64,000 bases of DNA. It comes from an uncultured Nitrososphaeraceae archaeon. GTDB taxonomy: Archaea > Thermoproteota > Nitrososphaeria > Nitrososphaerales > Nitrososphaeraceae. Every line of letters starts with the position of its first letter. The stretch's first letter is position 1. The DNA lies in assembly GCA_963765895.1 (NCBI GenBank), contig CAVXZB010000038.1, positions 64,001 through 128,000 on the forward strand, read 5' to 3'. The notes under the pieces are model-generated. The model saw nothing but the letters and a program-made list of their open reading frames with translations. It had not been told where the DNA came from and ran no database searches. The position numbers and the translations under genes were made by a program. This document shows, in pieces, positions 60,383 through 64,000 of this stretch.

Positions 60383-60901
60383 ATGGATGCAGAGCAGCTT
60401 TCTAACAACATACTTTCACTAGATTCTAATATACGGTTTGCAGGCGTACTAGAAAAATCAGGGCATCTTTACGCTGGGGGTACAAGAGGTGGAGTAACAG
60501 AATATCTCAAGAATAGAGATTCTGAAATTAGTTTTTCTCAGACTGCCTACATAGTTGATCTGAGAAAGATGTTTACACCACATCTGGGTAATCTAGAATA
60601 TATTGTGTATGTCCATAACAAAGTGAAAATCTTTAGCATACCTGTAAAAGATCACATAGTGGTATTTTCTACGAATAGCCAGGCAGTCGACGTAGAGGAA
60701 ATAGCAAAAAGTGTACTGGATTACATAAGATCTGTAGAGACTCAGTTATCGTTGTACCCGCCTTCCAATGTCATTAATCGGGAGAAAAGGGAAACAGTGA
60801 AAAATCTCCATGATTCAGGTATCTCCGAGGAGTTAATTGCTGAACAGCTCGATCTTAACGTTGATACTGTCAAAGTAATAGTTAAGGATACGGGGATGTA
60901 G
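60383..60901 (+). CDS. Roadblock/profilin-like domain fused to a C-terminal HTH
   Basis: ILSLDSNIRFAGVL..G, LGNLEYIVYVHNKVKIFSIP; SGISEELIAEQLDLNVDTVK. Confidence 0.75.
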   Translation: MDAEQLSNNILSLDSNIRFAGVLEKSGHLYAGGTRGGVTEYLKNRDSEISFSQTAYIVDLRKMFTPHLGNLEYIVYVHNKVKIFSIPVKDHIVVFSTNSQAVDVEEIAKSVLDYIRSVETQLSLYPPSNVINREKRETVKNLHDSGISEELIAEQLDLNVDTVKVIVKDTGM

Positions 60902-61134
60902 TCCAAATATCCAGTCACAGCACCTGCGAGTCCATGACTTGCAATGCTTGGAAGCAGAGCAATATTATTCACTATTCGACAGTTTTCACTTCCGTCAGTT
61001 GTATCACTCCAGGTAGGTTTTGTAACATCGTCCATCCATGATGTATATGAGGACATGGTTTGGAATCTCGGTTATACCATATAATAGTAATATGACGTGT
61101 ACTAAGGAATATATCCACATGAACTCGTCGATCA

Positions 61135-62118
61135 TTAGCTACCTTGGTTTATTCCATATATTGTTCCTGCCTGAATAACTGTACCTGGCGGGATCTGTCT
61201 ACCTGGCAAGATTATAACCGACGCACCGATCGCGCAATTTTCTCCAACGACCGCACCGAAATGGTCTAGTCCAGTATCCAATAATAACTTCTCTCCAACA
61301 TCATTAATAATTTCATATTTGATATTCTTTCTGCTAAGGAGAACATTTGCGGTCCCAGAATAGCCGCCAAACCAAGCGTTCTCTCCTATTATACTATCCA
61401 GTATAACATTTTGATGAGATATCTTGGCATTACCAGCAAAATAGGATTTCGCGATTTCACAGTTAAACCCTATTTTTGTTTCTTTCCCAAACATACAATT
61501 CCTTATAAGTGAGCTCATGCCTACGTGACTGCCTTTGCTAATATAAGTAGGACCCTTTATCTTGCAAAAGTCATCAATAGTGACATCATCCTCAATTATG
61601 CATGGACCTTCTATGACGGTGGTTCTTGCTACCGATGCGTTCGGTGAAATGATATTACGGGTAACTTCAGCCCTTAGCGTTTTTTGGACAATATTCAGAA
61701 AATCCCATGGGTAGACCACATTATCTACTAGTAGGCCTTGTTCTATTGTATGATATATAAATGAGTTAATCGGGGCTTCAAAATTTTGAAGTCCAGCTAT
61801 AACTGGATTCTGATCAATAAATGGTAAAGTAGATTTTTGACTAGAGACAAGATCATTAGAAATAAAAGAAGTGTCATCGTATTCCTTCACTTTTATAGAG
61901 GGAAAGTTTGTTGCTATTAGATCAATTGTATTGGGAAGGTTAGAAGGTATCAAAACAGTATCAACCGTCATGAATTTTCTTGTTACGTCTACATTTCTAA
62001 CTATCAATGGTTCTCCAAAGAGCTTGAGTGATGACGTGGGACAATTTCCATTATCATAGTCAGCTCTAGACAGTAGAGACTCTAAGTGGTGCACGGAATT
62101 ATGCAATATCAACCTCAA
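61135..62118 (-). CDS. GlmU-like hexapeptide (left-handed beta-helix) protein with degenerate nucleotidyltransferase domain
   Basis: YPWDFL, IEGPCII, IKGPTYI, NCEIAKS, DSIIGEN, GAVVGENCAIG. Confidence 0.85.
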   Translation of the reverse strand: MRLILHNSVHHLESLLSRADYDNGNCPTSSLKLFGEPLIVRNVDVTRKFMTVDTVLIPSNLPNTIDLIATNFPSIKVKEYDDTSFISNDLVSSQKSTLPFIDQNPVIAGLQNFEAPINSFIYHTIEQGLLVDNVVYPWDFLNIVQKTLRAEVTRNIISPNASVARTTVIEGPCIIEDDVTIDDFCKIKGPTYISKGSHVGMSSLIRNCMFGKETKIGFNCEIAKSYFAGNAKISHQNVILDSIIGENAWFGGYSGTANVLLSRKNIKYEIINDVGEKLLLDTGLDHFGAVVGENCAIGASVIILPGRQIPPGTVIQAGTIYGINQGS

Positions 62119-63033
62119 AACAATGGCTCACATCATGGAAGAAACAAACAAAAGTATATCTTCGCTTTGTAGCTAATCTCCTTAACATTAATCGTAAATG
62201 TAATTAATTATACAATTAACGTACAATTTTGAAGGAGATTATAGATGTAAATTCACCTATACTATTTGCTAGACATTCTATGCATATCTATTATCAATTC
62301 TATTCATAGGCACGAAGGCACAATAACTTCTGCCTCTATCCAAGGTAATCACAATGTATTCACATCAGAAACTTTCTGCTGAGTTTATGATAAAAAATAG
62401 ATGCAACTCGACTGTCGAATTTGCAGATCCTTGGAAGGCCTCATCAAACAAATTTAGATAGACATCGATATCCTAACGGCCACCTTATAGGAGGTAGAAT
62501 TTCTCCTGTCGATCATACGCATATGATATTCTTTTCTATTAAATTTGCCGGTCAGTATACATTCCACGTTGGTACTGAATCTGGGACCGAATCATACAAA
62601 TATGATAAAATCTAGGATGATGGCTATTCATTTTTTCAAAGATGACAAGGATGAGCGCCTGATTCCTATCAATTACGAGGTGATATCGCGATCTAAGTAA
62701 CGATAATCCTTCTTCAACGCCATTAACATTGAAAGATACTATTAGCATTGAACATTATACTAAGGTGGAGACGGTTCCCGAAAAATTAAGCAAATGTATT
62801 TGAAAGCAATTTATTTAGGATAGAGAATTTGGATCAAATACTATGCTATTCCAGAAGCTAGTCATGACCGCACTAAGTCCGACGTCCGAATGCATACTAA
62901 CTAAGGCTAGGTTCAGTTCAAAGTCTGAGTTTAAGCTAATTGAAATGATTATTCCATTGAGAATAGAATTAAGAACCAAATCAAATTCAGTCCCGGTATG
63001 TATAAGGGGAGAGGCATCCCGGGAATTGTAAAG

Positions 63034-63668
63034 ATGACACTTATTTTGATGATTGTTGCGATTATGGCCTGGCTAGTAATCGGTTGCGGGTTTTTAAATT
63101 ATCCGCATACAATAGTCTGCTCAGACTGCGTTATCCACATTCCAGGACTTGGGCAAAAATATGAAAACATACACTAACGAACAGTACAAATTTGCAATAT
63201 CTTATCCTACTACTTGGGATAAGATCGTCTTTGTGCAAGGTATAACTGAGAGTCGGCCGTCAGATTCTTGTAACATTTCTATCACCGCTCGAAAATCCAT
63301 CTGATTTGTTCAGAGAGTATTTGACAATCGAAGTCGCTAACTTTTCTCCTAGAACAGCAGTTGAAAAGTCAAAGCTCATCCAATATGGCGAAAACCAGGT
63401 CAGTGTCTATAGAAAGTCTTTGCAAGGATTTCATGTCTTGGCAAGATCTGATCAATTCAATAATAGTGTATTAAATATTGGAAATCCAGCTTGCTATAAA
63501 GTGTTATATAATTTTATTGATACCACTGCCGGAAAAATTAATGTACTCGATATTTACTGCGCCAAGGAATCTAAAGTTTATCTCATTTCATTTCAATCTG
63601 ATTCAAATAAGTATTCTCTCTATCTACCAATAATCAAGCTAATGGTTAATTCACTCAAGCTGTCATAA
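63034..63668 (+). pseudogene. PsbP-related secreted protein, frameshifted
   Basis: Signal-like start, KTYTNEQYKFAISYPTTW, VTFLSPLENPSDLFREYL, YLPIIKLMVNSLK. Confidence 0.7.
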
Positions 63669-64000
63669 TCCCTCATTGCTGTTTGGAGATAAACACAAGT
63701 TGATTATGCTATACCACAAATACTTCTGGATTTGACTGTCAAATAACGGCGTTTCATACTTTTGGTAGTGGAGGTGAGAGGTGAGACCTATGTTCTGAAT
63801 AAATAAATGAATAAATAACTCTTCGTGTTTGACCGATTGATATTACTGTACTATTTAATTAATGAGATCGTTTCATCTTGCCAACTGATTCGTGCCTACT
63901 TTTGGTAAGTTGGGGCTTTGGGAATTTATCCCTATTTATTCATCTAGAAAAAGAATAACTTAAACATCAGTAATTTACCTTGAGAACATACAAATTACAG

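Overview
AT-rich archaeal chromosome segment. The gene families, TTG starts and TATA-type leaderless promoters point to a soil ammonia-oxidising archaeon (Nitrososphaeraceae); this is an inference. After a type IA topoisomerase, about 4.9-27.3 kb is an accessory zone full of fragments: two integrase C-termini, an IS5-type transposase, and HsdR, S8 protease, DUF1214, ZIP, cupin, cupredoxin and serine hydrolase pieces. It also holds frameshifted near-complete genes (P450, ComA, NADP oxidoreductase, multicopper oxidase, macrodomain, S9 peptidase). The right half carries GNAT plus amidohydrolase, a second P450, an HDAC/AcuC protein, P-II, LysE, a 989-aa repeat adhesin, glycosyltransferase, SDR, PyrE, an HNH-like protein, ABC permease, metallophosphoesterase, a decayed patatin and a GlmU-like protein. 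Many frameshifts are single-base indels in short base runs and may be sequencing errors. The best unexplained signals are: (1) a ~320-nt, ~55% GC nested multi-stem RNA-like element starting at the adhesin stop codon (40021-40339); (2) an orphan degenerate mini-CRISPR array (6867-6961); (3) a 16-aa lysine-rich micro-ORF with its own promoter and terminator (57243-57293); (4) a long intergenic hairpin at 44322-44396. No rRNA, tRNA or cas genes were recognised.
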